64,000 nt of DNA from the NCBI GenBank assembly GCA_965221775.1, contig CBDCSU010000006.1:2464001-2528000 (forward strand), written 5' to 3'. Origin of the DNA: Candidatus Latescibacterota bacterium (lineage in GTDB: Bacteria > Latescibacterota > UBA2968 > UBA8231). The notes under the pieces are model-generated. The model was given only the letters and a program-made list of their open reading frames with translations, had not been told where the DNA came from and did not search any database. Positions 44,296 through 54,282 of this stretch are shown piece by piece (positions within the stretch are counted from its first letter, which is position 1; every line of letters begins with the position of its first letter). The position numbers were made by a program, and so were the translations under genes.

Positions 44296-45410
44296 GGCGT
44301 CCCCGTCCAGGCGCGGCTGTCCGGCACCGGCTGCCAGGCGCCCCCGGCGCCCATGGAGGCCTGGGTGACCAGCCCCGGCAGGGTCTGGTCCATGGCCTCG
44401 TGCACGCCCAGCTCCGCCGGAGCGTCGCCGCGCACGGCGTCGACGAAGGCGTGGATCACACGGGCGTCGCTGCCCCCGTGGCCGTGGCGGTCGCCGACGG
44501 TGCCGCGCCAGCGCTCCGGCAGGAACTCCTCCACCAGGTCCTCCAGATCGAGCCAGGTGCCCGCATCCGGCGAGCGCGACCGCAGCCACAGGCGGTGCCG
44601 CTCGCCCGGGGCGCGGGGCGACTCGTAGCAGCCGTCCGTGCCTTGCAGCTGGTAGGTGGTGGTCACGCTGGGGCGGTCGGAGATCATGTCGACGCGCACC
44701 TTGACCAGCCCGCCGCCGGCGAGCCGTCCGAGCATGACGTGGGTGTCCTGGTGGTAGGCGTCGCCCCGGGGGTCGAGATGGTGATGGCCGCTGCCGGCGC
44801 AGCAGACCTCCGTGACCCGCCCCGGCAGCCAGCGCAGGATCGGCCCCAGGGAGTGGGTGCCGTAGGTGATCCCGTCGACGCCGGTCTGCCAGCGCCGCCG
44901 CCAGGGGGTGCGCTCGTTGAGGGCCTTCACCTCGTGGAGGTACTCGCCGTCGGCGAAGTAGGGGGTGCCGAAGAGGCCGTCATCGACGAGGGCGGCCACC
45001 ACGAGGTTGGGCACCGTGTAGTTGCAGTTCTCGGCCAGCATGTAGAGGCCGGGGGAGCGGTGGGCGGCGAGCACCAGGCGCCGGCACTGCTCGAGGTCGA
45101 CGGCGGCGGTGACCTCGCTGAGGACGTGCAGGCCGGCGTCGAGGGCGGCGGTGGACTGCGGGGCGTGGAGGTGCATCGGCGTGGCCACGACCACGGCGTC
45201 GAGGCCGCCGCAGGAGAGCAGGTCGTCGAAAGAGGTGAAGGCGTGCTCGGCGCCGGTCTGGCGGCGGACCTGCTGCAGGCCCTCGGCGTCGGTGTCGCAG
45301 ACGGCGGCGACGCAGGCCACCGACTCCCGGGCCGAGAGCCCCGACAGGAAGGCCCGCCCCCGGGCGCAGGCGCCGGCGATGCCGATGTGGAGCTTCTCGA
45401 CGCGGTTCAC
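44292..45410 (-). CDS. Gfo/Idh/MocA oxidoreductase
   Basis: IGIAG, VATPMHLH, HVLSEV, YMLAENCNY, YGTHSLGP, GHGGSD; start approximate. Confidence 0.85.
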   Translation of the reverse strand: MNRVEKLHIGIAGACARGRAFLSGLSARESVACVAAVCDTDAEGLQQVRRQTGAEHAFTSFDDLLSCGGLDAVVVATPMHLHAPQSTAALDAGLHVLSEVTAAVDLEQCRRLVLAAHRSPGLYMLAENCNYTVPNLVVAALVDDGLFGTPYFADGEYLHEVKALNERTPWRRRWQTGVDGITYGTHSLGPILRWLPGRVTEVCCAGSGHHHLDPRGDAYHQDTHVMLGRLAGGGLVKVRVDMISDRPSVTTTYQLQGTDGCYESPRAPGERHRLWLRSRSPDAGTWLDLEDLVEEFLPERWRGTVGDRHGHGGSDARVIHAFVDAVRGDAPAELGVHEAMDQTLPGLVTQASMGAGGAWQPVPDSRAWTGTP

Positions 45411-45464
45411 GGCGGTTAGATTCGCCCGGCGCCGGCACCATCGCAAGAGCCCCGGAGCCGTCCC

Positions 45465-48400
45465 GTGCCGAAGTATCGAATCATCCTCGCCCTGTGCGCG
45501 GGCTGTCTGACCGCCGCCCAGGCCCAGGAGGCGCCCAACCCCACCTTCGCCCGGGGGGACTCGCTGCCGGCCGGATGGAGGCTGCGCGGCGAGGGGGAGT
45601 GGCGGACCATCGACGGCGATCCCGGGATCGTCGTCCGCGGCGATGGCCGGGGCTCGGGCGGGTGGCGCTCGGACTCCCTCGCCTTCGAGGCCGGCGGCCT
45701 CTACCGCGTGCGCTTCCGGGCCCGGCGCCTGGAGGGGAGCGGCGGCGGCACCGTCACCTCGGGGGCGGGATTCGCCAACCGCGACCTGGGGGAAACCGGC
45801 TTCGAGTGGCGGCGGTTCAGCTCCGCCTTCGCCGCCCCGGCGGCCTCGAACCCGTACCGCTGGCTGCGCTTCGGCCAGTGGCGGCTGCCCGGCGCCGCCG
45901 CCTTCGACGACATCGAGCTGGACCGGGTGCGCGCCGTGCACCGCCTCGTCGGCGGCGGTCTGCGCCTCGGCCAGGGCGAGCGCCTCGAGGCGGGCCGGTA
46001 CGTCTTCGACTCCCCCCAGCACACGCCGCTGGCCAACATCAGCCGCCCCCTGGAGAGCCACGACGCCGGCTTCAACACCTGCCGCTGGGTCTTCGGCCCC
46101 GGCCAGGAGGTCGTCTTCCGGCACGAGGTGGGGGGCTTCCCGCAGCAGGCGGCAGGAGTCCGCGTGAACCTCAACCACCACACCGGGGGCCACCTGCTCG
46201 TCGAGGTCTCCACTGGCGGCGGCTGGATCACCCTTGGGGTGATGCCGGAGGTCGCCTCGGCCTCCTTCGACGTGCCCGACTCGCTGCTGCCGGCCGCCGC
46301 CGTGCGGGTGCGTCTGCGCGCCGCCGGCGAGGGCGGCGGCGCCTTCCAGGTGGACGACTACGGGTACCAGGCCCGCCTCGACGGGGAGGTTCCGGAGGGG
46401 GACGGGGCCACCCTCCTGGTGTCGGAGGGCGGACGGGCGGGATCCCTGCGCTGCCGGGTGGAGGACCCGGGCCGGCTGCGGCCCGGTCTCATCGACACCC
46501 TCCGCCTCCTCGTCCACAGCGCATCCGCGGAGAGGCTGCCGGCGCGGGTGCGCGCGGTGACGGGGGCCCTCGGGGAGCCGCCGCCGGCTGGGGGCTGGCG
46601 GCAGGTGAAACTCCACCCGGGGGAGAACCGCCTCGCCGTGCCCTGCCGCATCTCGGGGACGGGCACCCTCGTCCTGCATCTCCAGGTGGAGGCGGACGGG
46701 CTCTGGCGGGCCGAGGCCGACCTGGCCCTGTCGATGCTGCACGCCGATGGCTACGGCGAGCTGCTGAGCGCCGAAGGCGCGGACCCGGCGGTGTGGTGGG
46801 CCTCCTCCGGCTGGAAGGTGTCGCGCACGCGGGCCCCGCCTCGGCGGAGGGGCGCGGCGATGGCGATCTCCGCCGCCGGCAACGAGACCGAGGCGGCCCA
46901 GTTCGTCCTGCGTCCCGAGCACCCCCTGCGCGGGCTGCGCCTGCGGCCCACCGATCTGACCGGCCCGGAGGGCGCGGGCATCCCCGCCGATCGCATCGAG
47001 GTCCTGCGCGTGGGATACGTGCCGGTGCGGCGCCCCACCGACCGGGCCGGCGAAGCGGCGTGGTGGCCCGATCCCCTCCTGCCCATCGACTCCGCCCTCG
47101 ACCTGCCGGCGCGGCGCAATCAGCCCTTCTGGGTCCGCGTGTCCGTGCCGCCCTCGACCCGCGCCGGGATCTACGCGGGGGCCCTGGTGCTGACGGCCGC
47201 CGACTACGAGACCCGCGTGCCCCTGCGCCTCGAGGTCTTCGGCTTCGACCTCCCCCGCCGCATGACCTGCGAGACCGCCTTCGGGTTTTACCCCGGCCAC
47301 GTCTGGCGCTACCACGGCGTCGACGACGAGGCCGGCCGCCGGCGCCTCCTCGATCTCTATCTCGAGAGCTTCTCCCGACATCACATCTCCCCCTACGATC
47401 CCGCGCCCCTGGACCCGCCCGCGATCACCTGGCCGGACCTGACGGACCGCGCCGTCGCCGAGGGCGAGGTGATCGAGCCCGAGATCGACTTCACCGCCTG
47501 GGACGCGGCCATGACGCGGGCCATCGAGGAGTACGGCTTCAACACCTTCCGCCTGGGCATCCCCGGAATGGGGGGCGGCAGCTTCCACCGGCGGCGGGAG
47601 CCGGCGCTGCGCGGATTCGCCGCGGACTCGCCGCAGTACCAGGCCCTGTTCCGCGGCTATGCCGGCGCCCTGGAGCGCCACCTGCGCGGCAAGGGCTGGC
47701 TGGACGAGGCCTTCGTCTACTGGTTCGACGAGCCGCAGCCGAAGGACTACGCCTTCGTCATGGACGGTTTCCGCCGGCTGGAGGAGGCCGCCCCCGGCCT
47801 GCGCCGCATGCTCACCGAGCAGGTCGAGCCGGCGCTGGTGGGCGGCCCCGACCTCTGGTGCCCGCTGGCGAGCCGCTTCGACCCGGCGGCCTCGGCCCCG
47901 CGCCGGGAGGCGGGAGACCGCTTCTGGTGGTACCTGTGCACGGTGCCGAAGGCGCCCTACCCCGGCCTGTTCATCGACCGCGCCGGCACCGATCCGCGCG
48001 TCTGGCTGTGGCAGACGTGGCAGGCCGGCGTCGACGGGATCCTCGTGTGGGCGACCAACTACTGGACCAGCGGCGCCGCCTATCCCGAAGGCCTCCAGGA
48101 CCCGTACGAGGACCCCATGAGCTGGGTGTCGCTCCACTCCGGGTCCGTGGGCTCACGCAGGCCGTGGGGCAACGGCGACGGCCGCTTCCTCTACCCGCCC
48201 CCGGGGGCGCTCGGAGAATCGCCGGTGCTGGCCGGCCCCGTGGAGAGCATCCGCTGGGAGATGCTGCGCGACGGCATCGAGGACTACGAGTACCTGGCGA
48301 TGTTGAGGCGGTCCCTGCCCTCGGGGACGGAACTGACCGCCACCGAGCGCCGCCGGCTGGAGGCGCTGTTGGCGGTGCCGCCGGAGATCAGCGTCTCCCT

Positions 48401-48485
48401 GACCCGCTTCACGAAGGACCCGGCGCCGATCGAGGTGCGGCGCCGGGAGCTGGCCGCCGCCGTGGAGAGGCTGGCCGGAGGCTGA
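45465..48485 (+). CDS. Secreted DUF4091 / GH123-like glycoside hydrolase with N-terminal CBM-like domain
   Basis: Signal peptide, AAGNETEAAQF, WPDPL, RNQPFWV, WFDEP, WWY.C, GDGRFLYP, SIRWEMLRDGIEDYEY. Confidence 0.8.
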   Translation: MPKYRIILALCAGCLTAAQAQEAPNPTFARGDSLPAGWRLRGEGEWRTIDGDPGIVVRGDGRGSGGWRSDSLAFEAGGLYRVRFRARRLEGSGGGTVTSGAGFANRDLGETGFEWRRFSSAFAAPAASNPYRWLRFGQWRLPGAAAFDDIELDRVRAVHRLVGGGLRLGQGERLEAGRYVFDSPQHTPLANISRPLESHDAGFNTCRWVFGPGQEVVFRHEVGGFPQQAAGVRVNLNHHTGGHLLVEVSTGGGWITLGVMPEVASASFDVPDSLLPAAAVRVRLRAAGEGGGAFQVDDYGYQARLDGEVPEGDGATLLVSEGGRAGSLRCRVEDPGRLRPGLIDTLRLLVHSASAERLPARVRAVTGALGEPPPAGGWRQVKLHPGENRLAVPCRISGTGTLVLHLQVEADGLWRAEADLALSMLHADGYGELLSAEGADPAVWWASSGWKVSRTRAPPRRRGAAMAISAAGNETEAAQFVLRPEHPLRGLRLRPTDLTGPEGAGIPADRIEVLRVGYVPVRRPTDRAGEAAWWPDPLLPIDSALDLPARRNQPFWVRVSVPPSTRAGIYAGALVLTAADYETRVPLRLEVFGFDLPRRMTCETAFGFYPGHVWRYHGVDDEAGRRRLLDLYLESFSRHHISPYDPAPLDPPAITWPDLTDRAVAEGEVIEPEIDFTAWDAAMTRAIEEYGFNTFRLGIPGMGGGSFHRRREPALRGFAADSPQYQALFRGYAGALERHLRGKGWLDEAFVYWFDEPQPKDYAFVMDGFRRLEEAAPGLRRMLTEQVEPALVGGPDLWCPLASRFDPAASAPRREAGDRFWWYLCTVPKAPYPGLFIDRAGTDPRVWLWQTWQAGVDGILVWATNYWTSGAAYPEGLQDPYEDPMSWVSLHSGSVGSRRPWGNGDGRFLYPPPGALGESPVLAGPVESIRWEMLRDGIEDYEYLAMLRRSLPSGTELTATERRRLEALLAVPPEISVSLTRFTKDPAPIEVRRRELAAAVERLAGG

Positions 48486-48489
48486 TCCT

Positions 48490-48813
48490 TCAGCCCGCCC
48501 CGGCTCCCACCGGCTGGCAGCGATGAACCCGCCCGCAGGAGGGACAGCGGCAGCGCACCCGCCCGAACCAGTCCTGGCCGAGCAGGTGGCGCATGGTGGA
48601 GGCGCCGAAGAGGTGCTCGCAGTCCGGGCAGGCGTAGCGCCGGCGGCGGGCCTGCCAGGCGGCGGCGCCGATGCCGGCCAGCAGGCCCGCGGCGAGGACG
48701 AGGATCAGGCAGGTGACCAGCCCCAGGCTCTCGAACAGCCACGGGCGGGCCACGACATAGAGGCCGGCGACGCACAGCAGGACCACCGCCGGGGCGCGCC
48801 AGGAGGTCAGCAC
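48490..48813 (-). CDS. Small membrane protein with zinc-ribbon CxxC pairs
   Basis: Two TMs then YACPDC...CPSCG; start uncertain. Confidence 0.55.
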   Translation of the reverse strand: MLTSWRAPAVVLLCVAGLYVVARPWLFESLGLVTCLILVLAAGLLAGIGAAAWQARRRRYACPDCEHLFGASTMRHLLGQDWFGRVRCRCPSCGRVHRCQPVGAGAG

Positions 48814-48970
48814 AGGGTCAGCCGGGGCGGGGCGGTACGGGGGGAGATTGGCGGGCCGGGGGCATGGGGCGCGGTAAACTAGGCATCGTGCCAGGAGGGA
48901 CCAATCGCCGGCCAACGTATCCGGGTGGAAACGCGATCGTCACCGCGGCCACCCAGCCACTCGAGCGCGG

Positions 48971-49222
48971 TCAGAGCTTGATGACGGCGCTGAGGATGCC
49001 GGTCATGGCGACCAGGGTGGCTATGGTCCACCTGAAGTAGGCGTTCAGGGATCGGTTGGTCTCATCGATACGTTGGCCCAGGACGCGGTTGGTTTCGTCG
49101 ATGCGGTGATGAATTCCCCCTATCTGGTTGCGCAGGTCCCGCATGTCTTCGCGCAAATGGAGGATCCCTCGGTGCAACTCTTCGGAGGTGGGGGCGGACT
49201 TGGGGGCGGGGCTATCGGCCAT
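48971..49222 (-). CDS. Small coiled-coil protein with C-terminal TM (CCDC90/DUF1640-like)
   Basis: AAGGAG SD; RIDETNR twice, 11 aa apart; WTIATLVAMTGILSAVIKL tail. Confidence 0.7.
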   Translation of the reverse strand: MADSPAPKSAPTSEELHRGILHLREDMRDLRNQIGGIHHRIDETNRVLGQRIDETNRSLNAYFRWTIATLVAMTGILSAVIKL

Positions 49223-49320
49223 GGCGGGCTCCTTCGGCGCGGCGAGGACAGGAAGAAAAAGCAGTGCACTCCAGGCAAAGCAACCCCTGTGCCGCCGACC
49301 CCGAGATGGAGGTGGATCCC

Positions 49321-49348
49321 TTGACGGGTTGGCCTCCCCGCCTACCTT
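49321..49348 (+). promoter_or_regulatory. sigma70 promoter of the TPP-regulated operon
   Basis: TTGACG-N16-TACCTT just upstream of the riboswitch. Confidence 0.65.
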
Positions 49349-49360
49349 GAGCATACGACA

Positions 49361-49442
49361 TCCGTTGGGGGTGGCCGGCTCTCCGGCCTGAGATCAGAAC
49401 CCTTCGAACCTGACCTGGATCATGCCAGCGTAGGGAAACGGA
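49361..49442 (+). ncRNA. TPP riboswitch
   Basis: GGGG...CTGAGA...ACCC..GAACCTGA.CTGGATCATGCCAGCGTAGGGA; P1 tccgtt/aacgga; thiN downstream. Confidence 0.95.
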
Positions 49443-49493
49443 CCAGCGCCATCAGAGGCCGTTTCCCCCGTCTGGAGAAAGCGGCCTCTTCGT

Positions 49494-51845
49494 ATGCCCA
49501 GCCTTCCTTCCGGCGCCGCTGCGGCGCTGATCGCCTTCCTCCTCACAGCTGCCACCGTCCCTGCGGAGACGCTGCGCGGCACCGTCCTCGACGCGTCCAC
49601 CGGCGATCCCCTGCCGGGCGCCCATCTGACCCACGGAGACCTGGTCGTAACCGCCGACGGCGCCGGCCGCTTCGAACTCTCCCTGGCCGCGGGTGACTCC
49701 GCGATTGTCAGCCACATCGGCTACGAGCCCGCCGTCCTACGCGCACGCCCGGGGGCGGAGCGGCCCCTCATCGTACGGCTTCGTCCGGTGGCCCTGCCGG
49801 TGCCGGTGACCGTGGTCACGGGCGGACTGATCGAGCAGACACTGGCGGAGGCGGCCTCCTCGGTGACCGTCCTCGACCGGGGACGCCTGCAAGGAGCCGA
49901 GGGCCACCACTTCCAGGATCTCACCCAGGCCGTGCCCAACCTCAACTGGGCCGGCGGCACGTCCCGGCCCCGGTATTTCCAGATCCGGGGGATGGGGGAG
50001 AACAGCCACTTCGTCGGCGAGAAGCCGCCCAACTACCTGGTCGGCTTCGTCCTCGACGGCGTGGACCTGAGCGGCCTGGGCACGGCTGGCGTGCTCTTCG
50101 ACCTGGACCGGGTCGAGGTCTTCAAGGGCCCCCAGTCGACGATCTTCGGACCCAACGCCATGGCCGGCCTGATCAGCATGGAGTCGACCGACCCGCTGCC
50201 GTTCTCCAGCCACGGGGTCACCATGTCCCGGGGCGACGACGACCTGTTGCAGGCCGCCGCCACCGTCAACGTGCCGCTGAGTGAGAGACTGGCGGTCCGC
50301 GCCGGCTACCACGAAGCCAGGTCCAATGGCTTCAGGAGCAATCTGTTCCTGGATCGAGAGGACTCCAACCGCCGATGGGAGAGGTTCGCCCGTGCCAAAG
50401 TGCGCTACACTCTCGACAACGGTCTGCGGCTGTTGGGCACCTTGTTTCGCGCCAACCTGGACAATGGCTACGATGCCTGGGCCCACGACAACAACGAGGA
50501 GCTGATCACCCATTCCGACAATCCGGGCAAGGATCACCAGGAGACCACCGCCTTCTCCCTCAAGGCCGAGGCCCCCCTCGGCGGTCTGGACCTGGTCTCG
50601 ATCACGGCCTGGTCGAAGACCGAACTGGAGTACAGCTTCGACGGCGACTGGGGGAATGACGAAGAGTACTGGCGCGGGGAACCGTACAACCTCGATCCCG
50701 AGCGCGACGGATGGACCAACGACTTCTTCGACCGGACCCTCCGGGAGCGCACGACCTTCACCCAGGAACTGCGCCTGCTGAAGAGCGATCTGGCCGGCCA
50801 TGGAGAGGCGGTTGCGGGGGCCTTCCTCAAGGCCCTCGAAGAGTCGGACGATGCCACGAGCTGGGTCTTCGGCAGCTCTGTCCCCATCGACCACGACAGC
50901 ACCTTCGAAGTGGACAACCTGGCCTTCTATGGTCAGTACAGCCGCGGTCTGGGCGATGCCGTGAAGCTGGCCTTCAATCTTCGTCTGGACCGCAATTCGA
51001 CCTCCTATCAGGGGGCCACGGCGGACGAGGACGACGTGAGCTTCGACGTGGGCCAGTGGCTCGGCGGCGGCAAGCTCGCCCTGACCTGGCGGCTTGCTTC
51101 TGATGCGACCATCTACGGTGCTGTCTCGCGGGGCTACCGGGCCGGCGGCGTGAATCAGAACCCGCGCCTGGGCGATCGCGACCGGCCCTTCGATCCGGAG
51201 TACGTGACCAACCTCGAGACGGGCCTTCGCATGGGGGGGACGGCGCTGACGCTCTTCCACACCCTGCGCTTCGACCAGCAGGTCAGCCTCTCCAGGCAGC
51301 AGAACCCCGACGACCCCAACAGCTTCTCCTTCTTCATCGACAATGCCTCCAAGGGGCGCAGCAGCGGCATCGAGCTGGAGCAGAGCTACCGGCCGCTGCC
51401 CGGAGCGCGTCTGTTCGGCTCGCTGGGATACCTGAAGACCCACGTCGATCCATATACGTTCGAGACCGACAAGGGACCCGAGACGCGAGGCGATCGGGCC
51501 GCGGCCCACGCGCCGGAGTACACCTTCAGCCTGGGGAGCGAGTATCGCCATCGGTCGGGCCTGGGCGGGCGCTGGGAGGTGGCGGGCATGGACGAGTTCT
51601 TCTTCTCGGACAGCCACAACCAGGTCTCGGAGCCCTACCGATTGATCAACGGCCACATCTCCTACCGCCGGGGTACCTGGTCCTTGCAGCTGTGGGGCCG
51701 CAACCTTCTCGATCAACGCTACGCGGTGAGGGGATTCTATTTCCGTCTCGAGCCGCCCGACTACGAGAAGAAGCTCTACAAGAGCTACGGGGACCCGCGC
51801 CAGATCGGCCTGCGGCTGACGGCGCGCATGCCGGCGGGGGACTGA
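49494..51845 (+). CDS. TonB-dependent receptor, predicted thiamine uptake
   Basis: Plug (FQIRG.G, DRVEVFKGPQ), beta-barrel; between TPP riboswitch and thiN. Confidence 0.9.
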   Translation: MPSLPSGAAAALIAFLLTAATVPAETLRGTVLDASTGDPLPGAHLTHGDLVVTADGAGRFELSLAAGDSAIVSHIGYEPAVLRARPGAERPLIVRLRPVALPVPVTVVTGGLIEQTLAEAASSVTVLDRGRLQGAEGHHFQDLTQAVPNLNWAGGTSRPRYFQIRGMGENSHFVGEKPPNYLVGFVLDGVDLSGLGTAGVLFDLDRVEVFKGPQSTIFGPNAMAGLISMESTDPLPFSSHGVTMSRGDDDLLQAAATVNVPLSERLAVRAGYHEARSNGFRSNLFLDREDSNRRWERFARAKVRYTLDNGLRLLGTLFRANLDNGYDAWAHDNNEELITHSDNPGKDHQETTAFSLKAEAPLGGLDLVSITAWSKTELEYSFDGDWGNDEEYWRGEPYNLDPERDGWTNDFFDRTLRERTTFTQELRLLKSDLAGHGEAVAGAFLKALEESDDATSWVFGSSVPIDHDSTFEVDNLAFYGQYSRGLGDAVKLAFNLRLDRNSTSYQGATADEDDVSFDVGQWLGGGKLALTWRLASDATIYGAVSRGYRAGGVNQNPRLGDRDRPFDPEYVTNLETGLRMGGTALTLFHTLRFDQQVSLSRQQNPDDPNSFSFFIDNASKGRSSGIELEQSYRPLPGARLFGSLGYLKTHVDPYTFETDKGPETRGDRAAAHAPEYTFSLGSEYRHRSGLGGRWEVAGMDEFFFSDSHNQVSEPYRLINGHISYRRGTWSLQLWGRNLLDQRYAVRGFYFRLEPPDYEKKLYKSYGDPRQIGLRLTARMPAGD

Positions 51846-51849
51846 AGCC

Positions 51850-52512
51850 GTGGGCCTCTCGGCGCTCATCGTCGGCAACGGCGAGCCTCCCTCCCGGGAG
51901 CTGTTCGCCGCCCGCGCCCGCGAGGCCGACATGGTCCTGTGCGCCGACGGCGGCGCCGACACCGCCCGCCGCCTCGGGCGCGCCCCCGACTACATCGCCG
52001 GCGACCTCGACTCGGTGAGCGGCGCGGGGATGGCCGCCGTCGCCGGGGACCGCCTCGTCCGCGTCGACGCCGACGACACGGGCACGGACATGCAGAAAGT
52101 CCTGCGGCTGGCCCTGGATCTGAGGGTGGAGCGGGCGGATCTGCTGGGCTTCACCGGGCGGCGCACCGACCACACCCTGTGGAACCTGAGCCTGCTTAGG
52201 AGCTTCGGCGACCGGCTGGACCTGCGCCTGATCGACGACTACTGCGAGATTCGCCTGATCCGCGGCCGCGTGCGCTTCCGCGCCGACCTGGGGCAGAAGC
52301 TCTCCCTGTGTCCGCTCGACGGACCGGCCGACGGCATCGAGACCGAGGGCCTGCGGTGGCCCCTGCGGGGGGAGAGCCTCGTCCCGGGCCGCCGCGACGG
52401 CATCTCGAACGAGGTCACCGCCAGCCCGGTGGAGATCCGGGTGGGGCGCGGCGACCTGCTGCTGTGCGTGCAGCGGCAGAGCGTCTCGGGGCGGATCGAG
52501 GTGCTGGACTAG
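51850..52512 (+). CDS. thiN: Thiamine diphosphokinase
   Basis: CADGGA, GDLDS, TDMQK, GRRTDH, GLRWPL, GISNE. Confidence 0.92.
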   Translation: MGLSALIVGNGEPPSRELFAARAREADMVLCADGGADTARRLGRAPDYIAGDLDSVSGAGMAAVAGDRLVRVDADDTGTDMQKVLRLALDLRVERADLLGFTGRRTDHTLWNLSLLRSFGDRLDLRLIDDYCEIRLIRGRVRFRADLGQKLSLCPLDGPADGIETEGLRWPLRGESLVPGRRDGISNEVTASPVEIRVGRGDLLLCVQRQSVSGRIEVLD

Positions 52513-52525
52513 CGGACCGGGTGGG

Positions 52526-53470
52526 TCAGGCGGAGCAGCGGGCCCCGCCGAGGACGCAGAACTTGGCGCAGTGGGGGTGGTTGAGCTTCACCGGCCCCCA
52601 GGCCTCGGCCAGGGTCGCGCCCATCTCGAAGGCCTCGTCGTAGGGCAGGAGGGTGCAGGAGAGGACGACGGGGGCTTCCGCGCCCTTGCGCTTGACCACC
52701 ATGCGCGACGAGGCGCACATGACGTCGTCGGGGGACTGGCCGAGGATCTCCCAGCAGCCGCTGGTGATCTCCGGCACGTCGACGGACTCGTCCATCTCCG
52801 GGAAGAGCACCAGCCGGGCGGGGTCGGCGGCGTCGATGATGACCCCGAGGCCGGCGAAGAGGCGGCCGAAGCCGGCGCGCAGCTCGTCTTCCCCGCCGCC
52901 CCAGAGGGTGCGTCCGGCGGCGGTCAGGTTGAAGCCGGAGTCCGAGAGCCAGCGCAGGCCCTCGACCATCGGCGCCCAGGAGCGCGGCCCCCGCTCCTCT
53001 TCGTGCAGGACCGGGTCGTAGTGGTCGATGGAGACGCGGATCGCCAGCCGGTCGCCGTAGGCGTCTCGCAGCCTCAGCAGTTCCTCGCCGCACTTCATCA
53101 TCGGCCGCATGGCGTTGGTCAGCACCAGGCACTCGAAGCCGCGCTCCAGGACCTCCCCGAGCATGTCGAGGATGTCGGGGTTCATGAACGGCTCGCCGCC
53201 GGTGAAGCCGATCTCGCGCGTGCCCAGTCCGCCGCGCTCGATCTCGTCGAGGAAGGCGGAGACCTCCGCCGCCGTGAGGTAGGCGAGGCGGTCGTTGCGC
53301 GGACTCGACTCGATGTAGCAGTTGGCGCAGGTGAGGTTGCAGAGGGTGCCGGTGTTGAACCAGAGGGTGTCGAGGCGGTTCAGGGCCACCCGGGCCCGCT
53401 CCTCGCCGCCGGCGGTGATGTCGGGATCGCGGAACTTGCGCGCGTCCAGCCGGGCCGGGGCCAGGGTCAT
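52526..53470 (-). CDS. Radical SAM protein
   Basis: CNLTCANC, FTGGEPF, C-terminal cysteines (MCASSR, SCTL, HCAKFC...C). Confidence 0.88.
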   Translation of the reverse strand: MTLAPARLDARKFRDPDITAGGEERARVALNRLDTLWFNTGTLCNLTCANCYIESSPRNDRLAYLTAAEVSAFLDEIERGGLGTREIGFTGGEPFMNPDILDMLGEVLERGFECLVLTNAMRPMMKCGEELLRLRDAYGDRLAIRVSIDHYDPVLHEEERGPRSWAPMVEGLRWLSDSGFNLTAAGRTLWGGGEDELRAGFGRLFAGLGVIIDAADPARLVLFPEMDESVDVPEITSGCWEILGQSPDDVMCASSRMVVKRKGAEAPVVLSCTLLPYDEAFEMGATLAEAWGPVKLNHPHCAKFCVLGGARCSA

Positions 53471-53485
53471 GGCGAGGCCCTTCTC

Positions 53486-54271
53486 TCAGGCACCGTCCAC
53501 GGCCTTGCGCAGGGCATCGCCGTTGGTCTTCCACCACTCGAAGAGGATGGAGACGTCGGTGCCGATGCAGAAGTGGCGGACCCCCAGGTCGAGGTAGTAC
53601 TTGGCCCCGTCGGCGTGGCCGATCTCGGCGCGCGGGTGCACGCCGGCGGCCAGGCAGGCCTCGATGACGCGCTTCTCCACCGCCTTGATCTCCGGCGAGC
53701 CGCCCTGGCCGGCCTTGCCGACGCTCATGGAGTAGTCGGACGGCCCCCACTGCACCATGTCGATGGGCAGCTCCAGGATCTGCTCCAGGCTCTCCACGGC
53801 GCCCTTCTTCTCGATCATCAGGACGACGACGATGTCGCGCAGGGTCTGCACGTAGTCCAGGGAGCCGCCGTAGCTGGCGTGGGCGAACCGCCGCGAGGCG
53901 ACGCCGTAGGTGCCGCCGTCCTCCGGGGTGTCGGGGCGGGCGATGCGCAGGCACTCGCGGGCGTCCTCGACGCCGCGGCTGTCGGAGAACAGGACCGACT
54001 CGAAGCCCGAGCCGATGGCGCGCTGGGCGATCCACGAGCGCGGCTCCTGCTCGACCTTGATCATCGTGCCGAGATCGTGGAGCTCGGCGGCGCGGCAGAT
54101 GTCGTCGAAGGCGTAGAGGTCGTAGGGTCCGTACTCGGCGACGAACTCGACGTAGTCGTAAATGCCGGTCTGGCCCAGGATCTCGACGACGTTGGGCCAG
54201 GTGGTGTGCACGTGGGTGCCGAGGGTCGGCTTCCCGTCGTTGAGCAATTGGCGGAGCTTGTTCGGTTGGAT
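53486..54271 (-). CDS. HpcH/HpaI-family aldolase (probable ATC start)
   Basis: PNKLRQLL, DYVEFVAEY, MIEKKGAVE, QWGPSDYSMS, FCIGTD; AGGAGG 5 nt upstream of ATC. Confidence 0.82.
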   Translation of the reverse strand: MQPNKLRQLLNDGKPTLGTHVHTTWPNVVEILGQTGIYDYVEFVAEYGPYDLYAFDDICRAAELHDLGTMIKVEQEPRSWIAQRAIGSGFESVLFSDSRGVEDARECLRIARPDTPEDGGTYGVASRRFAHASYGGSLDYVQTLRDIVVVLMIEKKGAVESLEQILELPIDMVQWGPSDYSMSVGKAGQGGSPEIKAVEKRVIEACLAAGVHPRAEIGHADGAKYYLDLGVRHFCIGTDVSILFEWWKTNGDALRKAVDGA

Positions 54272-54282
54272 GGTGGCCTCCT

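Noticed and set aside
44292-48137. 1281-aa minus-strand ORF and many other long overlapping ORFs in the track
   Set aside because: High-GC shadow frames opposite real genes; only 44292-45410 has family motifs
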